Assembly (NCBI GenBank): GCA_013265495.1
Contig: MU058213.1
Span: 868,001 to 932,000 of the forward strand
Direction of reading: 5' to 3'
DNA: 64,000 nucleotides
DNA from: Vicugna vicugna
Taxonomy: Eukaryota
The notes beneath the pieces are model-generated. The model was not told the origin of the DNA, made no database searches, and saw only the letters and a program-made list of their open reading frames with translations. Shown here one piece after another: positions 51,682 to 64,000 of the stretch. The position numbers were made by a program, and so were the translations under genes. Each line of letters opens with the position of its first letter. Positions within the stretch are counted from its first letter, which is position 1.

Positions 51682-51825
51682 CTTTGCCTTACTGCGGAGC
51701 ATCTGCTCCTCCTTGCGGTCCAGCTCATCCTGCATCACCTGCTTCTCCTGCTCCAGCTCTGTGACCCGCTTCTGGAGCTTGAGGAACAACGACATGTCCA
51801 GAGGCACCTTCTTCTCACTTGGTTC
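51682..51825 (-). CDS. MYO5A: Myosin Va coding exon ([18 protein letters not shown]...RSKAK)
   Basis: 144 bp; acceptor tttag, donor GTGCGT. Confidence 0.96.
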
Positions 51826-51879
51826 CTAAACCCCAGATATCACAATGGTCAAGATGATTCGGAAGATGTACAAGCCAAC

Positions 51880-52640
51880 GAGAAAATGATCAACAGCCAG
51901 AGAAACAGGCAAACTTACAGGAGAAATAGAAATGCCCAAAGAATAAACAAGTAACATGTCCAATCAGCTAATAAATGGAGAAATGCAAATTAAACAATGG
52001 TGATGTACTACTTTTCCCTTATTAGACTGGCAAAGACTGAAAGGATTAATAAGGCCATGTATTGGTATCATTGTCTTATATGATATTATTGGAAATAGAG
52101 GTAAGCCTTTTAAAAAGGCAAGTTAGCTGTGTTTGTTAAGATTTAAGTATGTATAGCCTTTAACCTAGCAATCTTTGTTTAAGAAGCAATTCTACAGAAA
52201 TACACAAATACACACAAAATATATGGGAAAAGGTGTTCACTGCGGCATTTTTAGTAACTGCCAAAAAGTGAAAAGAACCTGAATGTTGGTCAATAGAAGA
52301 ACTGCTTAAATAAATTATGGTATAGTCACACTCTGAAATACTTAATAGTTGTTAAAAAGAATGAGGTGGATCTATATGAGTACATAAATTGCTCTAGATA
52401 AAAGTATTAAGTGAAATACACAAGCTGCAGTACAATATTTATATTATGATCTTATTTTTGTTAAAAAAAAACACATGACTTAAATATAACTAGCAAAAGG
52501 CATACAAAAATCTAGAAGGCCATCAATGGTTATCTTAGATAATGGGAGGTGCTGTGGGAAAGTTTCACTTTCTGCTTTGTACATTTGTACATTTGAATTG
52601 TTTACAATGAGCATGTACTAGTTTTGTGATTAGGAAAAAT
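51880..52640 (+). mobile_element. Ancient L1ME-like 3' fragment
   Basis: gagaaatgcaaattaaacaa...attagactggcaaaga...taaataaattatggtatagtcacac...tttacaatgagcatgta. Confidence 0.6.
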
Positions 52641-55600
52641 TATTTTTGAAAAGGTGAAATACTAGCATAAATATCCTGAGGTCAGACACAGAGAAAACTA
52701 AAAAAACAAAACATAGATAGCCCTTAATAAAATGAAAGGTAACCGAGTAGCATTTTAAAAGCATGTTAATTGGTTCTAAAACAGAATCACAGTGAGAACT
52801 ATTAGGATAAAGATACACTAACAAAGGTAAGTAGAATGAAAAACTAACCACCATCATGGACGTTTTGAGCGTGTCATGATTGTTTTACCTTGTTACGTCA
52901 GGTCTGAACTTTTAATAAGGTAAGAAGAGAAAGAATTGTATCTTTAGATTTAAGGAGAGGATAAAGAGTCTCTTTTTGTAAGAGAGAGAGAATGGTAATA
53001 ATAACTTATTTATTTAATTAAACGGTCAAAGTATAATTCTTAACTGATCAGTAAATATTATATATCCAATTGTCAATTTAAAAAATTTCTTTCTCTGACA
53101 TAAAAGCAAAGTAAGCTTTTATAGAAAACTTAAGAAATAAGAAAAGTACAAAGAAGGAAAGTGCAGGTATAATCTCATATCCAGAGAAAACCCACAATGT
53201 TTGTCCAGTCTTTTTCCTATAAACTTAAAGAACTGGAATAATATTTTCATCATAATTATGTGTTATCTTTTAAAATTAGGTTTGTATTCTAATTATTTTC
53301 CAAATTTACAATATATTTGAAAACAATTTTTAATGGCTGTATTGACATGTGTACCACCATTTGCTCATCTTACTGATGAGCATTGAGAGTGTTTCTAATT
53401 TCTTGCTATTGAAATATGTTAAAATAAACATCCTAGGACATACCTATCTAAACATTAACATTTTTAAGTATATGAAATTGGTTGGGCCTGTTTATACTTG
53501 CATCAGCAACCATCATCTTTCTTGGAACAGCAATGACTGTTACCATTAAAAAAAAAGGCTCAGCTGATAGATCAGTAGTGGTATTTCATTACTGTTTTCA
53601 TTTATATTTCTTTGCCTTTTGATGAGGTTGAATAATTAGCATATTCATTAGCATTCTTTGGTCTTTTGTGAACTCTTAGCAGGGCCAAGTTCAGTATTAT
53701 TCAAGTTCTGAAAAAACACCTAAGAAGAATGAACTAAACTAAGAAGTGGGGCATTTATAGGCTGTCAGGGTCGCTTATCTACAAGCTAGTTAGACCTGGA
53801 CTTTTTCTTACCATCCACTTTTGTAATGCTCAACAGTAAGAAAAAGTTTAGGTATATGATCTTCACCATAAAATCTGGCCTGACTTAGCAGAACAGAGGT
53901 ATCATCCGGCCTGAATATGAAATTACTACAGAATTTCAGTCATGTAAAAACTCATTTCTATATATCCCACAAATACTTATATTTTAGTTCATTTATAATG
54001 TAAACATTCCATCAAATGTGTTTTAATGTTTGTTCATCTATTAATGATGTGTCCCTGAAGTTTTTAATTATTTAATCCCTTTTTATACCATAATAGAAGC
54101 CTTCATCCTATGAATGAATATAGTAGTTCACTCATTGTACCTAAACTGTCATCATTTGGGAATCATTCTTCTCAGCCATGAGTGGGCATTTTTGTTGAAA
54201 AAGGAACCCTCTTATTAAAATGGGGTGACTCCTTAGATATCAGCTAATACTACATAAAGAATTGGTTAACTGCTATAGATAAGCACAGAATTCTATAGAT
54301 GGGAATATTAAGATAGGAGACAGAACACAAACTGTAACACTTGACAACTGCAAAATTATTTGAGGCATAACGATTGGTAATGATTTAAGAGTACTCTGAA
54401 TGGTGACCATTCTTATCCCTAATGACACGTACAGTTAAATAGATACTGTCCCCTCTACACCACATGCATGAGAAGGAAGACTGGACCATCTGGCTCAGAG
54501 AAGAGTCTGGGGTTTTGTTTTATTTTCCTTCCTTTTTAAGGACTTTATCATCTGGAGCTTTTCCAAGAAAGTGGAGCTTTCGCTGAACTAAAAAACAACA
54601 GTCTCATTTGAGGAAAATCAGTTAGATAACAGAATGTATTTATAAAATTACCACCACAGGCCTGGCAGTCATCCTAGGATCATTGCTAACAAGAGCTGAG
54701 AAAGTTGCAGCGACGCTTTCCCTGGATTTGACAGGTGTGAGGGAGCTCGAGAGCAGAAGCAGAACTGAGATAATTAGTGCTACTAAGACAGGGGCCTGGC
54801 AGAGCAGGGAGAAGCAATGGTTCCAAGAAAGGAATCCTCAGACCACGAAGATGATGGAGGTGTGGGAGGGCTGCAAAGCAGGAGGAGCTGGTCGGTGCAT
54901 TCTCCAGGGACTTCTCTGGAGCAAAGAAGGCGCCATCGTGGCTTGTGAACGCCAAACCACGGGTTTGGCAAAACTAGAGACATTAATTCTTTTTTTTTTT
55001 TAAACACCAAATTTTGCTATTTTTTGCTGTTACTATTACATGACTGAGGTTGGAATTCTGTGTCCCAAAACTGCCTATCTATTTTAATTTTTAAGAAATC
55101 AATTCATAAACAAGACTGGTTCCTTTATTTTCCTGGCACTGGATTCTAAAAATGTTTCTTTGGAATATTACACATAGGAATTGAAAGTTTTCCTTTAGTT
55201 TATAAGCGGCAATTTGTAAACCTGGCAGGTTCAGAGGCAGGGGCAGGAAGAAATGCAAACCTGGAGGTCATAAGTAATTAGAAGTACAAAGGCACAGCCA
55301 CAGTCGCAGTCTGATTCATCTCTCCTGCCCAACTTCCCTTTTGAGAATCAATCTCTTTCCCTATTACCAGTTGAATAGATTTCCATCTTTCAGCTCCTGA
55401 CCACGCCCAGTCAGAACTGTAGCGTGGTCACTGGAAGCCTGTTCATCAGAGCAAAAACATTTACTTATTGAACACTTGCTATGTGTCACTGTTGCAAGTG
55501 TTTTGTAAAAATTAACTCATTCAATCTTCAAAAGACTCTTACAAAGTAAGATAATAATAGCACCATTGCCTCACAGATGAGGAAACTGAGACACAGAGAG

Positions 55601-56365
55601 ACTGAGGCTAACATCATGGACACATTCCAAGGAAGAGAGTTACTGTAATCTGTCCCACGGTAAAGACAGCACTCCTAACCAAAGCCAGCCCCACCTCAGA
55701 TGCATGTACTCAGTCACGAGGAACCAGGACGACTAGTTCGGTGAACAGCCTTCCTCATCACTGAGAGAAGACCTCCAGATCATGACCTGCTGCTGGTGGT
55801 CAGTGCGTGTGAAGGGCAGTAACAACACTCTAAGATCTGCCTGTGATTTCTGGAGTAAAATTCATACTTCGTTATTTAAAAAAACAAAAATGTACTAAAT
55901 CTCACTCTAATCTATCGCTTAACTTGAAAAAAGACTTAACAGAAAACAAGTGAGAATTAGAAATGAAAAGTTACTCCTCCCCTCAAATCTGCAAGAATTT
56001 GAGGAAAACTTGAAAAGAGCAGAAACTGACAAAAAAAAAATGTTGCTAGTAAATATTAGGTAAAGCATGCAAGAGTTTTTGAGTTTAAAAATTAATATTC
56101 TCAATCAAAACTACCAACAAGAGGCCTCTTTGCCCTGAGTCCAACACAACACAATCCGCAGCAAACACACCCTCTTTGTCAGGCTTCTCCCTCCCAAGCA
56201 GGAGCTGCTCAAGTGGTGCTACACTGACATGGAAAGTTCATAAACCCACTTCCTTCGGACTACGGGGAGTAAGCACTCCAATTGAGACAAACAGAATGCA
56301 ACCCTAAAACCTTCATATCCGCTAGAGGCTCAGAAGTTATCATTTTAAATCTTCAAAGTCTGATT

Positions 56366-56791
56366 GTGTGGTAGCCTCCAAAGACAGCCACCAACGATTC
56401 CTCCCAACACAAATGACTTTCTTTTCATTAAGAGCTGGAGTCTGTTCCCCTCCTTTGAATGGGGGCTGGCTGTGGACTCTGCTTTGATCATAGAATGTGG
56501 CAGAGCTGACACTGTGCCAGTTCTGGGCCTGGCATCTTCTGCCCTTTCACCCTTAGAACCCACTCACCACACTGCTGAAGAGGGGACCCACATGGAGAGG
56601 CCCAAGGAAGAGAACCCCACACCCAGCTGAATGCAGGGAGGCACTCCAATCAACACCATGGGGCAGGGGGGAATAGGGGGCAGAAGAACCACTCAGTCAA
56701 AACCCAAAGAATTGTGAGCAATAATAAATTCCTAGAGTGTAAAACCACTAAATTAGGGGTGGTTTATTGCACAGCAATAGATGACTGGAAC
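56366..56791 (+). mobile_element. MLT1 (MaLR) solo LTR
   Basis: tgtggtagcctccaaaga...ggagtctgttcccctcctttgaat...tagaatgtggcaga...aataaa...cagcaatagatgactggaaca (TG...CA). Confidence 0.8.
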
Positions 56792-57834
56792 AATCTTTGC
56801 CGTGCTACACACTGGTCGTACTGCTGTGTCAATGGTTCCCAGACTAATGCCAGCTGCAGACAGAAATGGGGCTGGAGGACTGCAGTGTAGACCCCCTGGG
56901 TGGGAGGAGGGAGAGTGTGGAGGTCTGAACAGACAAGCCTCAGTTAGAATCCCGGCTCCGCCACTTACTAGCTGTGACCTCGGGCCAGTAACTCAGCCCT
57001 CTTGTATGTATGATTCCAATGACATGACGTTCCAACTGTGTGACACTTCTTTAAAAAAATGAACAAAATGAGATGGAGAAACTTTTCATTCTTAAGTTAA
57101 ACTAAGATAAGAAAGGAAAGAATCATTTAATTTTCTTCATCTGTTCTGCCAGAAGCAGTCTCTTCCTGACTTGGCCATTTTCTAAGAATATGACATAAAA
57201 ATAGATGGGTTGTACCTGAATTACCTATTACAGAAACTAATATTACATTTGAAAAGAAGATCAGAGAATTGGTCTGGAAACAACCTAACAAAGTCACTGG
57301 ACTCTTGGAGTTACATTAATGTGTCATTTTGATCTCATACTATGTAACATAAAACACTAAGGCAGATTTATAAGCTGTTTCTCATGCATTTTTGTGGGAG
57401 GGAATTTGTTGGTAAAAACTGTCATCAGATAGGCAGCAGTTTTGCTAAACTCTTAGGCATTGGTACTTATAATATTCTAGGACAAAGGGATTACTTTTAA
57501 AATAAATTACCTCGGTCGGAAATAAATTCATGACAGGCCATATTTTTTACATATAGAATATGTTAAGGTGCAAAAGGGAGTTGCAAAAGGGGAAATCTGG
57601 TCCTCAAAATTACACTAAAAATCAAAATTAAAATGTCTTCTGACAAAAAATATATGCAATCAGTGTGTATGTACACAGCTAGTTAAGCACCTGTAAGTCA
57701 TTTATGAAGAATAAGCAGTTCAAAACAAGTGTTATAATTGATGGACACATGGGGTCTTCTCTGGAATAGAAATGTTCTCTGTTAATAGCAGCATGCTCAC
57801 ATCCTACTTTTATTGACAGGTGTCTCAAAGGTAC

Positions 57835-57948
57835 CTCGGTCCTTGATGGGATGTCTTCTGTTTCTGCAATTTCAGAGCTAAAGGTGTATTCGGACTCATT
57901 GCTACTGTGGGTGGAGTCTGTTCTCTTATGTCCAGGCTTAGGCACATT
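57835..57948 (-). CDS. MYO5A: Myosin Va coding exon (PEST-like region; [16 protein letters not shown]...PSRTE)
   Basis: 114 bp; acceptor ttgcag, donor GTACCT; in frame with neighbours. Confidence 0.96.
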
Positions 57949-58967
57949 CTGCAAGATAAATAGCCAGAAAGAGTTAACACAACATAATTAAATAATTAAA
58001 CCAGGCATAGTTAAGCCAGCGTTCACCTTAACTTGGTTCTAATCTCCACTCACTGACTCGCTGTTCTCATGCCCATATGGTCTGCTCCATCTTGACAAAC
58101 TCCTACAGAAGAGTCACCTTCTGAGCTCCTCAAAGAAGGAGAAAGATGCACCAGGAGGGCATGGTGAGCACAGTCACAAAGCGAAATGCTTGAATGAAAA
58201 CCATCTGTGATCATTGGCAGAGTCCCCTTGGGTTTTTTAAGTTGTGAGTGGCCAGTCACACCGGGTGACAGACAGGTATGATGCCTCCACATCCAAGCTC
58301 TGACATCCGAGTTGCAATCAGATAAAACATAGGATATGTCTAACGCCAGCATAATCATTTTACTGCACTGTATGTGGGCATAAATGGTAAAAATAAAAGG
58401 AGGGGTAGGGGTTCCCACATAGGTGACTACAATTTCTATTAGTTTTATGCAGGAAGTTGAATCTCTGGAGTCAGCAGTGGGAAGGATTAGCGTGCAGGAG
58501 AGGTAAGAAAGCTGTTGACGAATCCTGGGAAGATCCTTGGATTATTAACTCAGAAAGTCCAGGTGACACTTTTATGACATGTAGTACCTATCAGTTAGTG
58601 TTCAGAAAGCTTGTGGGGAACAGAATAAGGAATCACAGTCTTTTTCTTTCTGTAGGAGAAGAGATTAGAGAATGGCTTGGAGGAAGAGGAATAAGAAGGC
58701 TGGGTTTGAGCCCCTCACTCCTAGAGAGCCCCAGCAGGAGAGGTGGAGAGGTTCAGTGGCCTGGATCTTGCAGGTTACAAATCCTGAGAGCTTCAGAAAG
58801 GCCTCTGATCTTTCTGATCTGTCCACTTTCCTTGACTCCTTCCCAGGTGCAGGAAAAGAGCCAGAAGCCACAAAGTGCTTCTTTGCCTCTTTCCTCCCAA
58901 CATCCAGGCTTATAGAAAATAAACCCATCTGTACAACCACAAGGAAGCCAGACTCCAGGGGCAGCTT

Positions 58968-61900
58968 TTCCAACAGCAGTGCATGAGGGTTCCCTTTTTA
59001 CTACATCCTTGCCAACACTTGTTATTTGCTGTCTTTTTAAGAATAACCACTCAGAGAGGTGTGAAGTAATATCTCATTGTGTTTTTAATTTACATTTCCC
59101 TGAAGATTAGCAATGTTGAACATCTTTTCATGTGGTCTGTTGGCCATCTGTATGTCTTCTTTGGGAAAATGTCTATTCAGATTTTCTATTCATTTTTTAA
59201 TCAGGTCATTTGTTTCTGATTTGAGTTGTACGAGTTCTTTGTATATTTTGGATAATAACTCCTTATTAGATATATTGTTTGCAAATATGTTCTCTGATTC
59301 AGTAGGCTGCTTTTTCATTTTGTTGATAGTTTCTTTCACGTGAAAAAAACTTTTTAGTTTGGTGTAGCCCCAGTATTTTTATTCTTTATATTTGTTTTTG
59401 TTTCCCTTGTCTGAGGAGACAGATACACAAAAATATTGCTGAGACACATGTCAAAGAATGTACTATGTTTTCTTCTAAAAGTTTTATTGCTTCAGATCTT
59501 ATTACATTTTAGGTCTTTAATCTATTTTGAGTTTATTTTTATAAACAGTGTGAGAAAGGAGTCCAATTTAATTCTTTTGCATGTAGCTGTCCAGCTTTTC
59601 CAACACCATTTATTGAAGAGACTGTCTTTCCTCCTTGTATTTTCTTGCCTCCTCCATTGTAGATTAACTGACAGTGTAACTGTGGGTTCATTTCTGGGCT
59701 CTATTCTGTTCCATTGGTTGATGTCTCTGTGCCAGGACCATGCTGTTTTGATGACTGTAAGTTTGTGATACAGTTTGAAACCAGGCAGCATGATACCTCC
59801 TGTCTTGTTTCTCTTTCTCAAGATTGTCTTGGCTGTTTGGGGTCTTCTGTGTCTCCATACATATTTTAGAGTTACTTGTTCTAGTTCTGTGAAAAATGCC
59901 ATTCGTACTTTGACAGGGATCACACTGAATCTGTAGATTGCCTTGGGGAGTACTGTCATTTTAGCAATATTATTTCCTCCAATCCAAGAGCACAGTATCT
60001 ACAAGCACAGTTTATTTTTTCATTTGTTTGCGTGGTCTTCAATTTCTTTCATCAGTGTGTTACAGCTTTCCAAGTATAGGTCTTCTGCATCCTTAGTTGA
60101 AATTATTACTAGGTATTTTATTGTTTTTGATGTGATTGTAAATGGGATTTTTTAAATTTCTTTTTCTGACAGTTCCTTTATTAATGTACAGAAACACAAC
60201 AGATTTCTGTATATTAATTTTGTATCCTTCAACTTTACTGAATTCGTTTATAAGTTCTAATAGTTTCTTGGTGGTGTCTTTAGGATTTACTATATATGGT
60301 ATCATATCACCTGTAAACGGTGACAGTTTTGCTTCTTCTTTTCCAATTTGGATTCCTTTTATGTCTTTTTCTTCTCTAATTGCTGTGGCTAGGACTTCCA
60401 ACACTATGTTGAATAAAAGTAGCAAGAATGGGCATCTTTGTCTTGCTCCTGATCTTAGAAATGCTTTCAGATTTTCACCATTCAGTGTGATGCTGACAGT
60501 ACGTTTGTCATACATGACCTTTATTATGTAGAGGTAGGTTTCCTCTATATCCACTTTGTTGAGTGTTTTTTAATCATAAATGGATGTTGAATTTTGTCAA
60601 AAGTTACCCATTCTGCGGCTCTATGTCTTTTGATTAGAGCACTCAGTCTATTTACATTGAAAGTAATTATTGATAGGTATGTACCTATTGCCATTTTGTT
60701 AGTTGTTTTCTGTTGTTGTTTTTGTTTTGATCCTTTCTTTTGCTCTTTTCCTTTGTGACTTGATGACTATCTATAGTGCTATATGTTTCTTTTTGTGTGT
60801 GTATCTATCTATTATATGTTTGTGGTTACAATGAGGTTCACACAGACAACATATAATAATAATGATAATAATAATAATATCACATATGTGATTATTTAAA
60901 TTTGATGATCTCAAGTTCAAACACATTGTAACAACCATGCAGTTTTAATTCCCCCTTCCACAATTAATGTTTTTGGCATCCTATTCTACTTCTTTTTGTT
61001 TTGTGTATCTCTTAACTACTTACTGTGGATATAGATGATTTTACTACTTTTGTATTTTAACCTTCCTATGAGCTTTATATGTGGTTGGCCTACTACCAAA
61101 CTATATGTTTACCTTTACTAGTGAGATTTTTCCTTGCATAATTTCCATATTTCTAGTTGTGGCCTTTTCTGCTTAGAGAAGTCCTTTGAACATTTCCTGT
61201 AAAGCTGGTTTAGTAGTCCTGAACCCTTCAGCTTTTGCTTGTTTGTAAAACTCTTTTTGTCTCTCATTCAAATCTGAATGATAGCCATGCTGTGTAGAGT
61301 ATTTCTGGTTGTAGGATTTTTTGCTTTTATCATTTTGAATATATATAGTGCCACTCCTTTCTGGGCAGCAAAGTTTCTGCTGAAAGTCTGCTGATGGCGT
61401 TATGGGATTTTCCTTTTATGTAACTGGTGCTTTTCTTTTGCTGCTTTGAAGATTTTCTCTTTAATTTAAATTTATAATTTTTACCATTTTAATTATAATG
61501 TGTCTTGGTGTGGACCTCTTTGGGTTGATCTACTTTGAGACTCTCTTTATTCCCTGGACCTGGATACCTGTTTCCTTTCCCAGGTTAGAAAAGTTTTAAG
61601 CCATTATTCCTTCAAATAAGTTTGCTGCCCCTTTCTCCCTTCTCCTTCTATGATCTCTATAATGCAAATGTTGTTATACTTGATATTGTCCCAGAGATCT
61701 CTCTTAAACTATCTTCATTTTTTAAAATTCTTTTTTCTTTCAGTTGTTCTGAATTAGTGATTCCCACTACTCTGTCTTCCTGTTCACTAATCCATCTCTG
61801 TACCATCTAACCTACTGTTGATTCCTTCTAGTGTATTTTTAAAATTTCAGTTACTGTATTTTCAGCTCTGTTTGATTCTTCTTTATATTTTCTAACTCTT

Positions 61901-63155
61901 TGTCAAACTTCACACTGTGGTTCATTCACTCTTCTCCTGAATTCATTGACCATCTTTGTGATCATTACCTTGAACTCTTCATTGGGCAGATTGCTTATCT
62001 CCATTTCACCTAGTTCCTCTTCTAGGGTTTTGTTTTATTCCTTCATTTGGAATATACTCCTCCATCTCCTCAGATTGCCTATTATTTATGTTTATTTCTG
62101 TGTATTAGGTAGATTGTTTATGGTTTCTGATCTTGGAGAAATGGCCTTATGAAGGAGACATCCTATGGGCCCCAGTTGCACACTCCCTTTTAGTCACCAG
62201 ATCTGTATGCTCTAGGGGTGCCCCCTACGTGGGCTGCACGGGCCCTTCTGCTGTGGCAGGGATGACTTCGTGGATGCGCTGGTAGGTTGGGCTGGCTTCC
62301 AGCCCGGTTGGCTGCCAGCTCCTGCCCTGCGTGGTGACTGCCAGCCAGCTGGTGGGCAGGTCTGTGTCCTCATGTGGCAGGCTTCATGGCTGAGGATGTG
62401 TCTCAAGGCTGATCTTGGCTTACTGATAGGTGGGCCAGTTTCAAGGGCAGCTGGATGGGGGGCTCAAAAGGACCTGGGGCTGGTGCCAGCCCACTTGTGA
62501 GAGGGCAAGCCTCTGGCACTAATTGGCAAGCAGGAGGACTCCAAGATGGCACTTGCCAGCAGCAATGTCCTTCATGGATGCAGATCCCAAAAATGGCTGC
62601 AGCCAGTGTCTATGTCCCCAGTATGAGCAACAGTGGCCTCATGCCCTGCAGAAGGCTCTCTAAGGTTACAAAGGGGGTCTGACCCAGGCTCCTTTCAAAT
62701 TACTGCCTCTGCACTGGGTCTTGGAGTGTGTGAGATTTTGTGTGAGCACTTTCTGAGCAGAGCCCATTCCCTATAGCCCTCTGGCTTTCTTGCACACAAG
62801 ACTCACTGGCCTTCAAAGCCAGGCATCTGGGGACTTGTCTTCCTGCTGCAGGACCCTAGGGCTGGGGAGCATGATGTGGGGCTCAGACTCCTCACTCCTT
62901 GGGAAGAACCTCTGTAATTGTGTTTATCCTCCTGTTTGAGGTCACCTATCTGGGGTGTGGGTCCTGACTACACTTTGTCTCCACCCCTTCTTCCCATCTT
63001 GTTGTGTTTCCTTTTTTTATATATTTAGTTGTGTGAAATAGTTCCTGCTAGTCTTCAGGTCATTCTTACCTATAGTTGCTCCATAAATAGTTGTAACTTT
63101 GGTGCGCCTGTGGAAGCAGTTGAGCTCAGGGTCTTCCTATTCTGCCATCTTGGCT
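58968..63155 (-). mobile_element. L1 with 5'UTR, ORF1 and internally deleted ORF2, 3'-truncated; same orientation as MYO5A
   Basis: 5' CCAAGATGGC (YY1-type) at 63144-63153; ORF2 remnants 58968-60690 ([36 protein letters not shown]). Confidence 0.88.
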
Positions 63156-63787
63156 ATATTGCTCCAAATTATCTTGCTTTTTATAACAGATATTTCAGAG
63201 CATTTCTGGCCATTTGTGCCATTAGGTTATGTTTAAGTCCGATAGTTGTAGGAACAAGGGAGCTAGAGAACTCTTCGTTTCCAGATAGTAGGATGAATGG
63301 AACAGGGAGGGTGTGCAGAACTATTAAAAAGTACAAAAGGTACTTTGGTAGATGTAGGAGAGTCCTCGAAATGGAGAACATAATATTATGAATAAAGGCT
63401 GAAATTTTCTTTTTGTAGGGATATGTCTTTGAAATTATAAAAACTATTAGAGAAGATACTTGCTTATATAAATATTTCCTTTATAGGCAAATTTTACATT
63501 AAATCATTCAATAAAACAAACCAGTATATTGACTTTATACTATCTTTTAGTCCAGTCTTCAAAGTGTTTGAGTTTACAAAACATTTATGAATAAAGTGAT
63601 CTGACTTCCAGATCTGCTTTAAAACAATCCATTGGGTGGCATGGGATTGTGGGTAGAATGAGGAGCAGAAATGTACTAACCATTTTGGGTACATGGCATA
63701 CATGAGGGTTCATTTTACTATTCTGTCTACTTTTGTATATGTTTAAAATTTTCATTAAAAAAAAAGGAACAAAACTCTTGGACTCAC

Positions 63788-63936
63788 CACCATCAATGTC
63801 ATCTCTTCCTTGAGGTCATCATATCGTTCTTCTAAGCGACTGAACTCATTCAGAAGGTTCTGATATCTCAGCCTTTCATCATTAAGATCAAGTTCCAGTT
63901 GTTTTGTTTCTTCTACTAGCTTCTTCTCCATAGTCT
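63788..63936 (-). CDS. MYO5A: Myosin Va coding exon (coiled-coil; (E)[12 protein letters not shown]...EEMTLMV)
   Basis: 149 bp; acceptor ttctttcag, donor GTGAGT; translation matches myosin Va; phase 1 to 0. Confidence 0.97.
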
Positions 63937-64000
63937 CTGAAAGAAAGGAGAGGGAAAAGCATACCAAAGATGGCTCCACAGAACACATGAGTACAAACAT

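Noticed and set aside
1..64000. CRISPR arrays, operons or another novel multi-gene system
   Set aside because: Eukaryotic single-gene locus; no regularly spaced repeats or unexplained long ORFs seen

Overview
Mammalian genomic DNA, probably a camelid judging from the tRNA-derived SINE and L1 3'-end types (inference). The window holds the 3' part of MYO5A (myosin Va) on the minus strand. I traced 19 coding exons by hand from 63936 down to the TGA at 13143-13145; all splice junctions and phases are consistent. They include the alternatively spliced tail exons A-F (9-nt exon B, 81-nt exon D, 75-nt exon F), the globular tail/DIL domain and one GC-AG intron. A ~6.1 kb 3'UTR runs to poly(A) signals near 7030-7070. 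The rest is intronic or intergenic repeat (L1, L2, MIR, LTRs, DNA transposon fossils, SINEs) plus a 130-N gap. I see no evidence of a new multi-gene system. The most notable details are: a clean retroposed 5' half of tRNA-Lys(CTT) with a perfect 16-bp target-site duplication; a candidate unannotated in-frame microexon between exons E and F; apparent homology between exons C and D; splicing-factor motifs at exons B, D and F; a CpG-rich patch inside the 3'UTR; and an internally deleted L1 that keeps its 5'UTR. Repeat family names come from memory of consensus sequences and their boundaries are approximate.
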